DNA of 64,000 nt from Hormiphora californensis (lineage: Eukaryota > Animalia > Ctenophora), in assembly GCA_020137815.1 (NCBI GenBank), contig CM035355.1, positions 558,001-622,000 of the forward strand, read 5' to 3'. A program made the translations under genes and the position numbers. How positions within the stretch are numbered: position 1 is the stretch's first letter; every line of letters begins with the position of its first letter. The notes below the pieces were generated by a model, which saw only the letters and a program-made list of their open reading frames with translations, ran no database searches and was not told the DNA's origin. Shown piece after piece: positions 51,629 through 64,000 of the stretch.

Positions 51629-52840
51629 CTAACATGCTGTTTCTATCCTGGTTCCTGGGTTCAGAACACCCTTCTGCAGTACACAATTCAAAGACAGTTT
51701 CTTGGGGATGGAAACGTTATTGTTATTGTTGAACAGCATCGTAGCAGCAGGACTGTGACCCTTCATCGTAAAACTGCTCCCTCCAGGATGCTCTCTCCCA
51801 TTATGATTCCAACTCCACCTACACATGATCACCCTCGTGCAATGATCACGGAGTGCTCGTATCCTGGCCATGTATACCAGAGGGTTAAATGTACTGTTTA
51901 GTGGTATACTATACACGGTGATAGCGAGGTGTAATATATGGAACTGGTCCTCTGTCAGTGAACCCTGGTGATAGCTCCAGGAGTATTCGCTAAGCACGGA
52001 GACTTGGTCCAGTGCCAACATTATGCAATAGGGTAGGTTAAAGAATATATAGAGGCCAGTGAGAATGATTATTGTTAGAGTTGCACTTCGTTTAGTTTTC
52101 AGGGACTGGTGTATCAGTTGGTTGTTGTATTTGTCGTAGTTTGCTGTGTTACCACAGCACACTGGAGTTGATTTTAGCTGGTATACCGAGATAATACAAC
52201 TCGCTATTATAGGGAATATGGGGAGAATGTATTCGAATACCACTAAGAGCAGTGTCAGTCCTTTAAATTCAGGGGTATTGATTGGGAAGATAGCCCCCAG
52301 AGACCATCCACAACCCCCCGCAGCAGGGAAAAAGAAGTAACTACTCCCGAACCAGAGGGGTATCGTCTGCTGGATCATTAGCAGCACCAGGTAACTCAGA
52401 ATGGGCGTTACGATGTGCTTCGGGCTCAGTCGGACGAAAGGGAGCGTCATGCATACTGCACGAAGGATGCTCATTAGGCCGATACAAAAGACGGAGAGTC
52501 GAGCTGTGATCTGTTGTAGATACCCCCATGCTATACACAGGAGATGAACACTAAAGAACATCTCACGTCCACCAGATATGAGAGTTACAGCAGAGGGTAG
52601 GTAGAGGAGACACATGGTGAGGTCTACCAAGTTATTGAACATGTGGAACAGGGAGACATAGCTGGTTGCCCTCCTAGATTTCCGGATGAAGTAGGACAGG
52701 GAGAGGAGGTTAGTGGGTACCCCAACTAACACACAGAACATTGAGATGGCGGCGAAGAAGGGGAGAGGGTAGTTGGTGGCAGGGGTTGAGGTTGAGCTGA
52801 AGTTGGCTGTTAGGGAGGGAGGCGGTTCTGACATCATCAT
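51629..52840 (-). CDS. Intronless rhodopsin-like (class A) GPCR, probably nested in an ANKFN1 intron
   Basis: Seven hydrophobic segments with PTNLLSL (TM1 Asn), LVDL..LP (TM2), LMSILRA..LPF (TM3), FFNLPY (TM6) and NSTFNPLVY (TM7). First ATG (MMMSEPP) at 52840; the ORF track starts at TTG 52927. Confidence 0.9.
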   Translation of the reverse strand: MMMSEPPPSLTANFSSTSTPATNYPLPFFAAISMFCVLVGVPTNLLSLSYFIRKSRRATSYVSLFHMFNNLVDLTMCLLYLPSAVTLISGGREMFFSVHLLCIAWGYLQQITARLSVFCIGLMSILRAVCMTLPFVRLSPKHIVTPILSYLVLLMIQQTIPLWFGSSYFFFPAAGGCGWSLGAIFPINTPEFKGLTLLLVVFEYILPIFPIIASCIISVYQLKSTPVCCGNTANYDKYNNQLIHQSLKTKRSATLTIIILTGLYIFFNLPYCIMLALDQVSVLSEYSWSYHQGSLTEDQFHILHLAITVYSIPLNSTFNPLVYMARIRALRDHCTRVIMCRWSWNHNGREHPGGSSFTMKGHSPAATMLFNNNNNVSIPKKLSLNCVLQKGVLNPGTRIETAC

Positions 52841-53827
52841 GTGCAGCTTTGAGCTTACTATACATAGTTGTGGGGAGGGAGACGTTAGTTGGGGGAGAGA
52901 TATTGTCTTGGGACTTGGGTCATACAATTACATAATATATCTCACAAATAAAGTGCAAACAGTTGAAATGTCATGACATAATCCAGAAAAAAAAGAAGAG
53001 AACAACGAAAGTGAAAAATAAACGGAGAACAAAGGAGCCAGACAAATTGGAGGTTCCAGAATCAAGAACTAACGCAATACCGAGGGTATAGTAAAACTGA
53101 AAATCCAGTAAGGTAGTTAGTAATTGAGTGAGTCACGCGTACTTCATCCCGCACCTGATCCAGACAGAATAAAGTGTGGCAATAATTCAAGGTGTAGAAA
53201 TGATCTTTATTGCAGATTTGATAGGATCAAAACTAATCCCGAAACTAGTTCATCAACAATATTTCTAGAAGTAACACGTTGCATCTGACAAGCCAGACAC
53301 GTTCCATGATCCGAGAAGAAATTAAAAGTCTAAAGAGGGAGAGAGAGATCACGAATGTCTGAATGATCTACCAACATATATCATAAGTGGCGGGGGTGGT
53401 AGGCAATTTAAAGGAGCTGGTATCACGCGTCACTGCACGCGATGTCATATACCCCCCAGATATAATAAACCATCTTGCATTTAAACCCGAAACTTACACT
53501 AAAACCCGAAACTGCAACTGTAATGCTAAAAAAAGTGCTGACAGTTCTAGGTACACCATGATACGGATATATTGCACAATATGTCATATCCTTCCTACCC
53601 CTAGCGGCGGATTGGTGGTGCTCCAACCATGCTTAACCAGATCAACTAGTTAGGAGGTTTAATAAAACTCTTACAAGATCAACTAGTTAGGAGGTTTAAT
53701 AAAACTCTCGGTTTTACAGACTCTCGGTGCCCAGTTTACTGTTTTAGGGAAGTTAGGATTCTTACAAGATGAAGGGGATCTCTCTCTCTCTTTTTTTCTC
53801 TCTCTCTCTCTCTCTCTCTCTCACGGG

Positions 53828-54059
53828 GGATTACGGGGGCTCGAATAGATCGCCCGTATAGATCGCCCGTACCAGTCGCCCGTACATTTGCTTTGCGCAT
53901 TACGTTTCATCGCACTTTCACCACAAATAAGGTACATGCGCATTACGCACATGTGTTTTGTTGTGGTGAAAGTGTGGTGAAACGTAATGCGCAAAGCAAA
54001 TGTACGTGCGACTAGTACGGGCGACTGGTACGGGCGTCTCATCCGGGCCCCCGTAATCC
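53828..54059. mobile_element. ~230-bp hairpin MITE inserted in a (CT)n tract
   Basis: ggattacggggg...cgcccgtaccagtcgcccgtac..tttgctttgcgcattacgtttca mirrored by tgaaacgtaatgcgcaaagcaaa..gtacgggcgactggtacgggcg...cccccgtaatcc. Confidence 0.75.
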
Positions 54060-54972
54060 GCTGCCTCTCTCTCTCTCTCTCTCTCGCTATAAATTAGAGA
54101 AATCATTCAAAATTTTACTGGCATAAATCAATTTAATAAAACGTCATAGGCCAGTAAAACCGGCCTAGTTAAATTAGGTTTTACTGGCCTATGACATTTT
54201 ATTAAAATTAAAAAAACTATTTGTTTTGACTTAGAACTCATCTAAATACAGACAATCTAACGAAGAAAAACATTAGAAGATAGCATTGCTACATTTTTCA
54301 TCCAATATCTGAGGCTCTATAGGCTCTGGTTGGAAATTATGTACATATCCTATTCGTCTCTGGCTCACTTCCCCTGACTCCTCTTTCTCTCTCATTCGCT
54401 CTCACTATCTCACACATACTCTCGCTCTCTCAATATTATCCTCTTATTTTCTACCGTTCTCTATTATTCGTCTCACAGATTGTCAGAAAATCTGTGTGAC
54501 ACAAGAACGTGCAATCTGGAGAGAACGCCCATCGAGCCGTGAGAAAGACATGCGCAAGACAAATTAAATATTGCATGCATATTATGCCTCTTATAGAATA
54601 CATAATAATACATAATAATTATTATGTTCTTGAAGAAGGCATCATGTCAAGCATTATATATATATATAGAATTGAATCAGACTCCAAACAGAGAAACACC
54701 TAGGAATGCCGTTGAGATGTAGTTTAGAACTCAGCTGTCGACACAGTCTATGAAAACTAACAGTTTAACGTTGAAAAGGAAGGAGAAAAAGAGAGGGTTG
54801 TTGTGCGAGTAGAACAGAGACAGGACGAATGGTAGGGCGACAATATCATAATATCATCATAATATCATCATAATATCATCATAATATCATCAGACGGAGA
54901 TAGCGAGGCAGAGAGATTTGAGATCGGTACGATCGCCCCAGTTTTACTAGTAAACGATTTCGAAATGGGGGC

Positions 54973-55167
54973 GTCAAAATGATCTATCCTAGGTCGAAAT
55001 GATCTATCCTAGGTCGAAATGATCTATCCTAGGTCGAAATGATCTATCCTAGGTCGAAATGATCTATCCTAGGTCAAAATGATCTATCCTAGGTCGAAAT
55101 GATCTATCCTAGGTCGAAATGATCTATCCTAGGTCGAAATGATCTATCCTAGGTCGAAATGATCTAC
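54973..55167. repeat. 20-bp tandem minisatellite, about 9.5 copies
   Basis: (gtcgaaatgatctatcctag)n. Confidence 0.95.
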
Positions 55168-56555
55168 CTCTGATTCTGTAGGTATCTAAAATTAGATCCT
55201 GCTCAGTAGTCTCTTGCACATTCAGAAGGTGACAGGGGGACCATATAATTCTTTACAGGTGGTATTCATGAAGGAAAATGAGGAGCAAAAAGAGGAAAGA
55301 GTTAGATAATAGAGAGGCATGGAAATATACAAAAGTTTTAACTTTGGTATACCGAACTATAATACCTACTAACAATAGTTAATTTAAGTTCAAGTTATAC
55401 TCTATACTACACACGAAAAGGGTGGGGTGAGATTCATTGTGTACTGGAGAGCAAAACAAAGCAGAGAATTCGAAACAGAGAGTCTAGAGAATAGTGAAGG
55501 AAATACGAATAGCTGGGGAGTACACTGTCTCGCGTACTGCATCTCCAGTCAGATGGCGTACGCTATAACAGAACTAGAAGGCAAGATCCACAAAAAGGAA
55601 AAGATAAGGGGTGGCCTGGGGATGATAAACCACTCAACCTGTTCTATGACCCCTGTCCCCTGTCCTATATCTTCTAAAACTAGGATGAAAGATATGACCC
55701 CTAGCTAGGGTAAGTCAGCTCCTAAATGACAACTAGTGAGTATTTCATCACGTTGCATATTGAGCTAGACTCTAGAGGTACTATTGCTAGTCATCTGTCG
55801 AAATAAGGCACATGTGCCGTGTTTCGCAAGACGATGAATCACACTCTGCTGGATACAATTGGTGTCTGTTTTGATAAATAGGGGCACTCCATCACTCACT
55901 AGAATTACTCTTGGCACTGGTCTTTATTGGACTTGTTATTAGTCAATATGTTCGATAAATTTACAACTTGCGTCACTAGTCAAAACATTAACTTCAGTTG
56001 TCTTGGTCCCCCCCCCACCCCCCTGTAAAGGAGGGCTGGAACTTCAGGTGGTCTTAAAGTTGTAACTCAAAGATAAAAGAGAGCAATAAGTGGAAACGTC
56101 TGGGATGTTGTAAAATATATGATGAAAGGAGGAGAGGAACTCAATTCACCAGAGTGAGATGAAAATATATCTAAAGATCAATTAGGGCCCATTTGAAAGC
56201 TATCCCTGAATAGTTTTGGAAGACCTGTAGACCAGGTGCAGATCACCACCTTATTAAACTATAGTTCCATAACAGGTACACAATGCAAACTTCATAGACC
56301 CAATGTCATCATCCAATGGAGCAAACAGGAGATTTTTGGTTGAACTTATCCAGGCAGAATTGTCAAGGAATATGTTTCCAGGGAAGATGAAGTCTCATAA
56401 AACAATTTTCTTGGAACTAGAGTCAGAGGGTACCCCGCCGTACTACTCCTTCATATAAATTCATTAAAAGTCATATGAACTGAAAATGGCGTATTTCGAT
56501 ATGTACCCAACCACACAAGCCTATCATACTACTGATTATTATATTCATATTTCGC

Positions 56556-56705
<150 letters not shown>

Positions 56706-58865
56706 ATTCCACTCGCTGGTTGTAGCCCCTTTCAAATGCAATCAAATGCATCAGAAACTATTTATGTACAGCCCTCCATCTCTTTCTCTCTCCACTCTCT
56801 CTTTCTCTCTCCACTAATGGACCCTAGGGTGGGGATGATAGACTCTCCCTCTATCTCCCCGCCGTAGCTCCGGTTGCACCATCGGGGTGTGGGGGACCAC
56901 TGAACAATGGAAGGATAATAGCAGCCCTCTTTTGAATGGTCAACATGAAGTCGGCACGCGGCCGGGTAATAAGTAGAAACGGGGCTTTTTGCGTTTGAGT
57001 TCCGATATACCGACAAAACATTAGCGATTAAACTATCTGATATTTCACGAAACTGCTTTTGTGCATAAAGGAGCTTTATGGCTATGCCAGCCATGTATCT
57101 ATCTGTATATATCTGGAGTGAATGATAAAAGGAATTTAAGGAGGTTAAATTATTGAAATTAAATCAAGCTTGACCAAAGGTTCGATCTACGTATCAATTT
57201 TGGAGCTTGCCAGCCAGATTACGTTATATTTAATTAGAGTTAGATAAATTTAGAATAAGCAGGGAAAAAAAAAAAAAAAAAAAAAATTTTTTTTTTTTTT
57301 TCCCCCCTCTTCCCTTTTTTTTTCCCCATGACAAAGCATAATTTTAAAAAAAAAAACCTTCCCCTTCAAATTTTTCCCTTCTTCCCCCCCCAAAAAAAGG
57401 AAAAGGGGGGGAAAAAAATTTTAAAAAAAAGGGGGGAAGGGGGAAAACGGGGGGGAAAAAAAAAAGGGGAAAAAAAAGGGGAAAATCCCCCCCCTTTATG
57501 GGGGTTTCCCACCCAAACCAAAAATTCATTTTCTGAATCAAGTTGGAGGCAGCAGAAAATTTATTAGAGAAGAAAAAGGGGGAAAATGAAGAAACCTCCT
57601 CCGAAAAGGGGGTCAGGGGAAAGGGAGTGGGAAAAAACAATAAGGAAACCAGCCGGGGTTTAAGGTGCCTTAAAGCAACAAAGCAAAACTATTTAACGCC
57701 TCCTTTTTTTTCCATTTTCCTACCAAAAAATTTGGGTGTAACTTCCATATCTGGTTCCTTTTCCCCAAAGGGGGGAAGCATGGGAAAAAACCCCTTTTTT
57801 TAATCACCTATCGCCGGCCTATAAAAAGGGTTTTTGGGTTTTTTTTTCCTTACCCACCAAAAATTCCCTAACTTCTTTCATTCTCAAACTCTTTGTCCCA
57901 TGGACTTTTTTTGGGTTCCCTGTACCCCATAAAATCTCCCTTTCAGGTCGCCTTTCCCCCCCTTTTTATTAATTTCCCTTTTCCCCCTTTTTTGGGCCCC
58001 CGTTTTTTGTCCGGGTTTGAAAATTCATAACATTGCCGCCAACACCTTGTTTTCCAAAATTTTCCAAATATTTAAATTTTTAACAAAGTCCCAAAAAAAC
58101 TTTTTGGGGAAATGGGCTAAAAGAGAAAGGGGGGAATTGCCTCTTTCTCTTGGTACGTCTTTACCCCTCTTTCCTTTCCTCCTTCTCGCTCCCTCTTTTT
58201 TTTTTTCCTTTCTCTTCTCCTTCTCTCTTCTTCCTTCCTCTTCTCTTCTCTCTTTCCTCTCTCTTTTCTCTCTCCTCTCTCTCTCTCTCTTCTTTCGTAG
58301 GAAGGAAGGCAACGGGGAGCTGCGGTTTTCAACCCATCCATTTTTAAATTTTATTTTTTAAGGATAATTAACCACGGCTTAAGAAGAGAGATAAGAAAAA
58401 CTGACAAAGCCAAAAAAAAGAGCCAATTACGGAGCAGCGGTTGGAAATTATTTCAAAAAATTAAAAAATTTTGATTAAAAAAAAGGGGAAAGAAAAAAAG
58501 AGATATAAAACAAAGATTAGAAAGAGAAAAGAGGAGAAAAAAAAGAGATGGGGAGAAGGGAGGGAGAAGAGAGAAGGAGAGAGAAGAGGGTAGGGATTTT
58601 CTTTACAAACAAAAAGTTTTTTTTTTAAATGAAAAAACTCAAAATTTCTGTTGCCACACCTGTTGATTAATACAGGTTGCATTGAAATAGAGGGGCACTG
58701 TGAGACAGCTGGAGGGAAACTTTAAAAACCCTCCCTAATCATTGAACGCAAATATCAAAAATAAAATCGGCAATATTCAAAAGTGCCCTTTAATTTCTAG
58801 AACCTATGAGTTGTATTTTTTCAAGAATGAGGGGTGGGGGAAGGATGAGGAGAGAGAAAGAGAGA

Positions 58866-58961
<96 letters not shown>

Positions 58962-61900
58962 AGAGAAAGAGAGAGATGAGATAAATTGAGAGATAGCAAG
59001 ACAGGGTGAGGGAGAGAGATAGCTCATCTCGCCGCAGAAAGGTGGGCTAGATGATTATTATAAGGGCCGAGTAGAGCTAGTAGTTTTCACACACTCTCAC
59101 AAAACAAGTCACATGCTCATGCAGTACTATACGGAAAATATCATGGATAAAGAATTCTTGTGACGATGTCCAAGTGAAGGAACATCATATAACTTTGATC
59201 ATGTTTTACATAGTTGCCAAGTTAAAGCTACCCCCAGTAACGTCATTTTCTTTTCCTGTGTAAGAAACAGACTTTCACAGACTTCCATTAGCCTACTACT
59301 GGACCGATCCCTCAATTCACTGACGGATTTGTAGCTGTCAGACTCATATAATATGAATTATGACTAGACCGTTTTGTCATAAATGAGGAATCGGAATTCG
59401 GATTGGAATCATACTATCATCCTAGAGTTGTAGAGGCGTACCTGCACACAGGTGTACTGTTATACAGTTTGCTGGTTGTTAGATTTTAATGAGAATCCGG
59501 AGCAGCCCTTCAATCTAGGGCAGTGGTAGCAGTGGTTTGTATTATTCACATATTATATTTTCTAAACTTGTGATGCTCCAGAATCTGAACTAATAGACAA
59601 CTGGTCACAACATCAAATCAGGGAATTGGAAACTCTCTATAAGATCTCCCCCCCCTCTCTCTCTTTCTCTCTCTTTCTCTCTCTCCCTCCGTATGCGGCC
59701 ATCAATAATATGTGGTGAGGCGCTGTTATAGACGCTGAAGGATATATCTAGATCAGCACTGTACTACACGAGATGCTAACTGTCATCTGATTTACGTCAA
59801 ACCACAATTAGACAGGCGAGATTGAGTTGCTTGAGTATCTTACAAGCCTCTACGCACAGGCGTGGAGTGATAATAATTATAGAGGTCGGCTGTCGACCTA
59901 TGAAGGGGCAGCATAGTGGGCGGAATGATGGGAGGTGCAAAAAACACACACACACACGCACAGGAGAGGGAAGGGTAGTTAACGGTACCAAGAGATTGAG
60001 ATGCCATGCATAGTATAGATAACATATAGCAGCAGGAGGGCTGAATTCCAGGTGATATTGCCAATATAATGCACTTATAGCAGCAGTAGTAGTAATGATA
60101 ATGTTAGTAATAAAGAACTGATCTCACAACAAAGCAATAACTACAAAAGGCTTCGATTTTTCACTAAAGTCAAGTTCTCTAGAAGCCAATAGTGTAAACA
60201 AAATAGCAGTGATGGAGTTCCCTGGAAATGGAAGGGAAATGGGTATTATAGAGGCTAGGTTGGTAAATTGATCGAATCTGAACAAAAGGTGCTACATCTG
60301 CAATGGGATCAGAGGTTTGTAATGTAGAAACAGCTGCAACGAATTGCAGTACTCTACTTAACTCTATCGGAGGAAGATTTAATATGATTTTCAGTAATGG
60401 CTCAATGGTTTCACCACCCCAGCAGTTATAATCTCTCTCCCTCAGCATCAGTTCTCTCTCTACCCATGCCCCACAGATGCCACCTAATACATGTCTAAAT
60501 TTAACGCCCTACTCCCCCACTACTCAGCTCCCCAACACTGTGCACAACAGAAGAGGCAAATATAATGCCTGTCAACAATCTCTATCCTCGACTAGGCTAC
60601 AATGCATATCTCTCTTATTCTGCTAATTGGTCTCTCTGGACAACTAGAAAACTATACAGCTAGTCTACCCGCATCTCATTATTAAACTACTCTCTCCCCA
60701 TCCTAGTTTTATTAATCATCCCCTCCTCCTCCTCTTGAGATACATAAAGGCTCTCTTTCGAAATGTCCAATAACTTAACAAGACGTAGACTAGGCTATAT
60801 AGGACTCCTATATAACCTTTTAGGAGACAGAAAAACGGCGTACCGACTAGTCAGTATATGCTGATCCTTGATCAGAAGCTATTTTACTGGGCTAGAACAA
60901 GTTATAATCAGTTGATGAAAAACATATCAAGGGGGGGGGGGGGGCAGTGTATCTGCATTTAGAGAATTAATAAATCAAATATGTGAGCATAACGATAAAG
61001 GCCCCTGCAGATCTTCTCTTCTGCTGCTTGAGAAGTTGCTAGAATATCAGATGAGATTGCTGATTGTTGATTTGGTTACGAAGTCACCCCTATTATTGCA
61101 TATAGGGGTGACAATACCGCCTACCTAAAAATGAAAATTTACGGGACCTTCTCATAAAAAGTTATCGAAAACTTGTCTAAAACCTATCTAAAACGTATGG
61201 TACTAGTTTGTATAGTAACCAGGACCTGAATTCTACAGAAAGTAACGACCGGTAGCGATTACACCACATGTTTAACAACAGAGGTGTGTCGCATAACTCC
61301 TTATATGGGCATAAAATTCCAATCTTGTGGAATTTTTTCTGACTCGACTATAGCTTAGTTATCAATGAATCCACCTCTAATACCTTTGGAATGGCATTTT
61401 GCACATTTCTGAAGGTTTTTGTAGCCAAATTCCAGCATCTTCATAGTTTTCCAAAAACAAAAACAGTGTTAATGGCCAAAATATCGAAAAATTCCGGTAT
61501 TTAATGGTAGCTCAGACAATTTCCTCGGTATGTTCAAAAAATTAGAACTTTCTGTTTTGTAGTTTGGACACAGGATTTTTTTTCCCGCCGTACAAGCGAT
61601 ATTATTACCCCTCCGTGAGCTAGCGCAGAGGGGGAATTTCATTACCAAATTGTTGATACAAATAATATGCATTGGCCATCAGAATGTATTAATATCATAT
61701 AATATATCATATATTATAGATGATAATAATATTATATAGTCGGACCCTGATTCACCGGGCCCCGATTTACAGTCCGACTGTATATGAATTATGGTCATTA
61801 TTTGCTATTACCGTACGGGTAAAAAGGGGACTGAGTGAGTCATAGGGATCATGTAGCCTAGAACAATAACATAGGAGTTTACCATGGGGAGCTTTTATTT

Positions 61901-62158
61901 TATGTTACCATGGCATATCGCGACTATTAGTGGGAGGCTATATGTGCTATAACACCGGTGTGTATCTGTATATCGCGCCCCGCGCGGGGCGTGATATGCA
62001 CGCATATCGGCTCCTTGCGGAGCAAGGAGACGATATGCAATATATCGCCCCGAACGTAGTGAGGGCGATATATTTGATACACATAAGGTGTTATAGCATA
62101 TAACGCCCACTGCAAGCAAGGAGAGAACAACACTAATCCCCTTTCAATAAGTCAATTT

Positions 62159-62258
62159 NNNNNNNNNNNNNNNNNNNNNNNNNNNNNNNNNNNNNNNNNN
62201 NNNNNNNNNNNNNNNNNNNNNNNNNNNNNNNNNNNNNNNNNNNNNNNNNNNNNNNNNN
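62159..62258. other. Scaffold gap (100 N)
   Basis: Run of N. Confidence 1.
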
Positions 62259-62274
62259 CTGCCGACCCCCTCAC

Positions 62275-64000
62275 TTGCAAATTCTTTCACACTATCGGAA
62301 CCGGACTGGATCACAACCCCTTACCTCAGGAGATCAATCGATAAACAGAGCCAAGGGAACCCACCAGACACACCCCTGTTCCCGCCCGCAGTACAACGAA
62401 GCTGTGAAAAAACCCCAAATCCCCCATGTCCCGGAACCCACTGAGACACCGGATTTTCTAAACTCCCTGATAAAGGAGATGAGGGACGGGTTCCTCTATC
62501 AGGGCCAACAGATACAGCAGCTGATGAGGGCTCTCATCCAGAGAGAAACAAGCTCCCCAGTGAAACCACTCAACCTAGACCACTCTGGGATAATGCCGGA
62601 CTACATGATGCCAGCAGAAAGAATGGGAGAACTACAGCCAATCCATCCCCTCAATCACCGCTCTCAAAGATCATTCTACTAAACTGCAGGTCCATCTCTC
62701 CTGCAGCTGGTGGGGAGACGAAGTGGAAGCTACCATACATCCACGAATTACTCATGTCTCCACGCCTAGATGAACCCCCTGTGATAGCAGTTGGTATAAC
62801 TGAAACATGGCTCAAAAGCTATATATCTGACGCCCAAGTAACAGTTCCAGGATACGTAACATTTCGAGCAGACAGAGAGCTTAAAGTTGGTGGAGGGTGC
62901 TTACTGTTCATCAATCAGAATATACCGGTCACGAGACAACTCTCATGGAGTGATCTACAGACGAGCCTCGTAACGGCATTCTCTGAACAAAACAACCTGC
63001 TCTTTGCCTGTCTATACCGACCTCCAGATGCAGATGTAAAATCTTACGGAGAAGCTCTCACAAAACTCCAAAAGGAAATTAATTCAATCACAGAGGAAAA
63101 CAAGGGGAAAACACCTGAAGTTGTGATTATTGGAGATTTTAATCTCCCTAATATGGATTGGGGTACTATGGCACCTACAATAGGTGGTGGAAGAGACACT
63201 GGCCCATACCATCAAACCCTCGAGCTAATTAACGAGAACTTCATATCACACTTGTTACAACTCCTACAAGGGAGAAAACATCCTGACTTAGTGTTCACAA
63301 TACCCCTGAATATTTCACTAATGTGACAACGGCAGATAGTAAAATCTCTGATCATCGTATAGTAGAGTGTGAATGGCATACAACCCCCTGAACAATACTG
63401 CGAATGATAAAGTTAAAACGACCCATTCAGGGATGTAAGATTACAACGTTGATTACCTTCCAATGAAAACCAAGCTGTGTGATGTAGACTGGGACGGGCT
63501 ACTAAAACTATGCAAGAAAGAGGATTACCACGATCTGGAGCAGTTCAGGACCTATATTACCCAAGTAGTCCTTGAAATTGCACAGGAAACCCTGCCCAAG
63601 AAAGCTGAACGTAACCGCGGAAATTCCTCCAAAAACAGGATATCTGACCTTTCAAAAGATCAGCAGGAGATCAAGAAGAAAATGAAACAGGAAGATATCG
63701 ACCCACTTGAAAGGCTGGCTCTCTTTGATAAACTTGAGACCCTCGATGAATTATGAAAGAAAATTCTAGAGAACCTAGACAAGGAGGAGGGGTAATGCAG
63801 TTGAAACGATAAAAACAAACCCTCGCTTCTTCTTCACCTATGCAAAGAGAAAGTCTAAGACATCTTCTACAATTGCCCCACTTAGAAGAAAAGATGGGAG
63901 CTTGACCACTGACAGTGCTGAAAAAGCACAGCTATTACAGAACCAGTATGTTGGAGTCTTTAGCAACCCTGATGATATAGACGTGGAGAGGAGCCTGACC
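62275..64000 (+). mobile_element. Non-LTR retrotransposon (CR1/L2-like): end of ORF1 and ORF2 APE endonuclease, running off the window
   Basis: VGITETWL, FRADR..GGG, CLYRPP, IIGDFNLP..W, DLVFT, SDH; downstream IKTNPRFFFTYAK linker; a few frameshifts. Confidence 0.88.

Overview
Eukaryotic (animal) genomic DNA, not prokaryotic. It shows GT-AG spliceosomal introns, (AG)n microsatellites, LINE, Penelope and DNA-transposon debris, two 100-N scaffold gaps and two homopolymer-corrupted low-quality stretches (~17.55-22.45 kb, ~57.26-58.75 kb). The short exons, intronic minisatellites, same-strand nested intronless genes and divergent rhodopsin-like GPCRs resemble a ctenophore genome; this is an inference only. 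Genes: a minus-strand multi-exon C2-like gene (<1-3.2 kb); an intronless UAP1 (9.3-10.8 kb) followed on the same strand by a multi-exon PGM3 (13.9-18.0 kb), whose third intron carries an intact intronless inositol-monophosphatase-family gene; a multi-exon GPCR (+, 36.8-40.9 kb); a secreted/membrane Sushi-like protein (-, 41.3-44.9 kb); and ANKFN1/wide-awake (-, 45.3->50.6 kb) with an intronless GPCR apparently nested in one of its introns. Main finding: UAP1 and PGM3, the last two consecutive enzymes of UDP-GlcNAc synthesis, are adjacent and co-oriented, with a divergent sugar-phosphate phosphatase nested inside PGM3. All three start codons lie just downstream of a pyrimidine-tract/AG acceptor with no donor I could assign, suggesting a possible trans-spliced, operon-like animal metabolic gene cluster.
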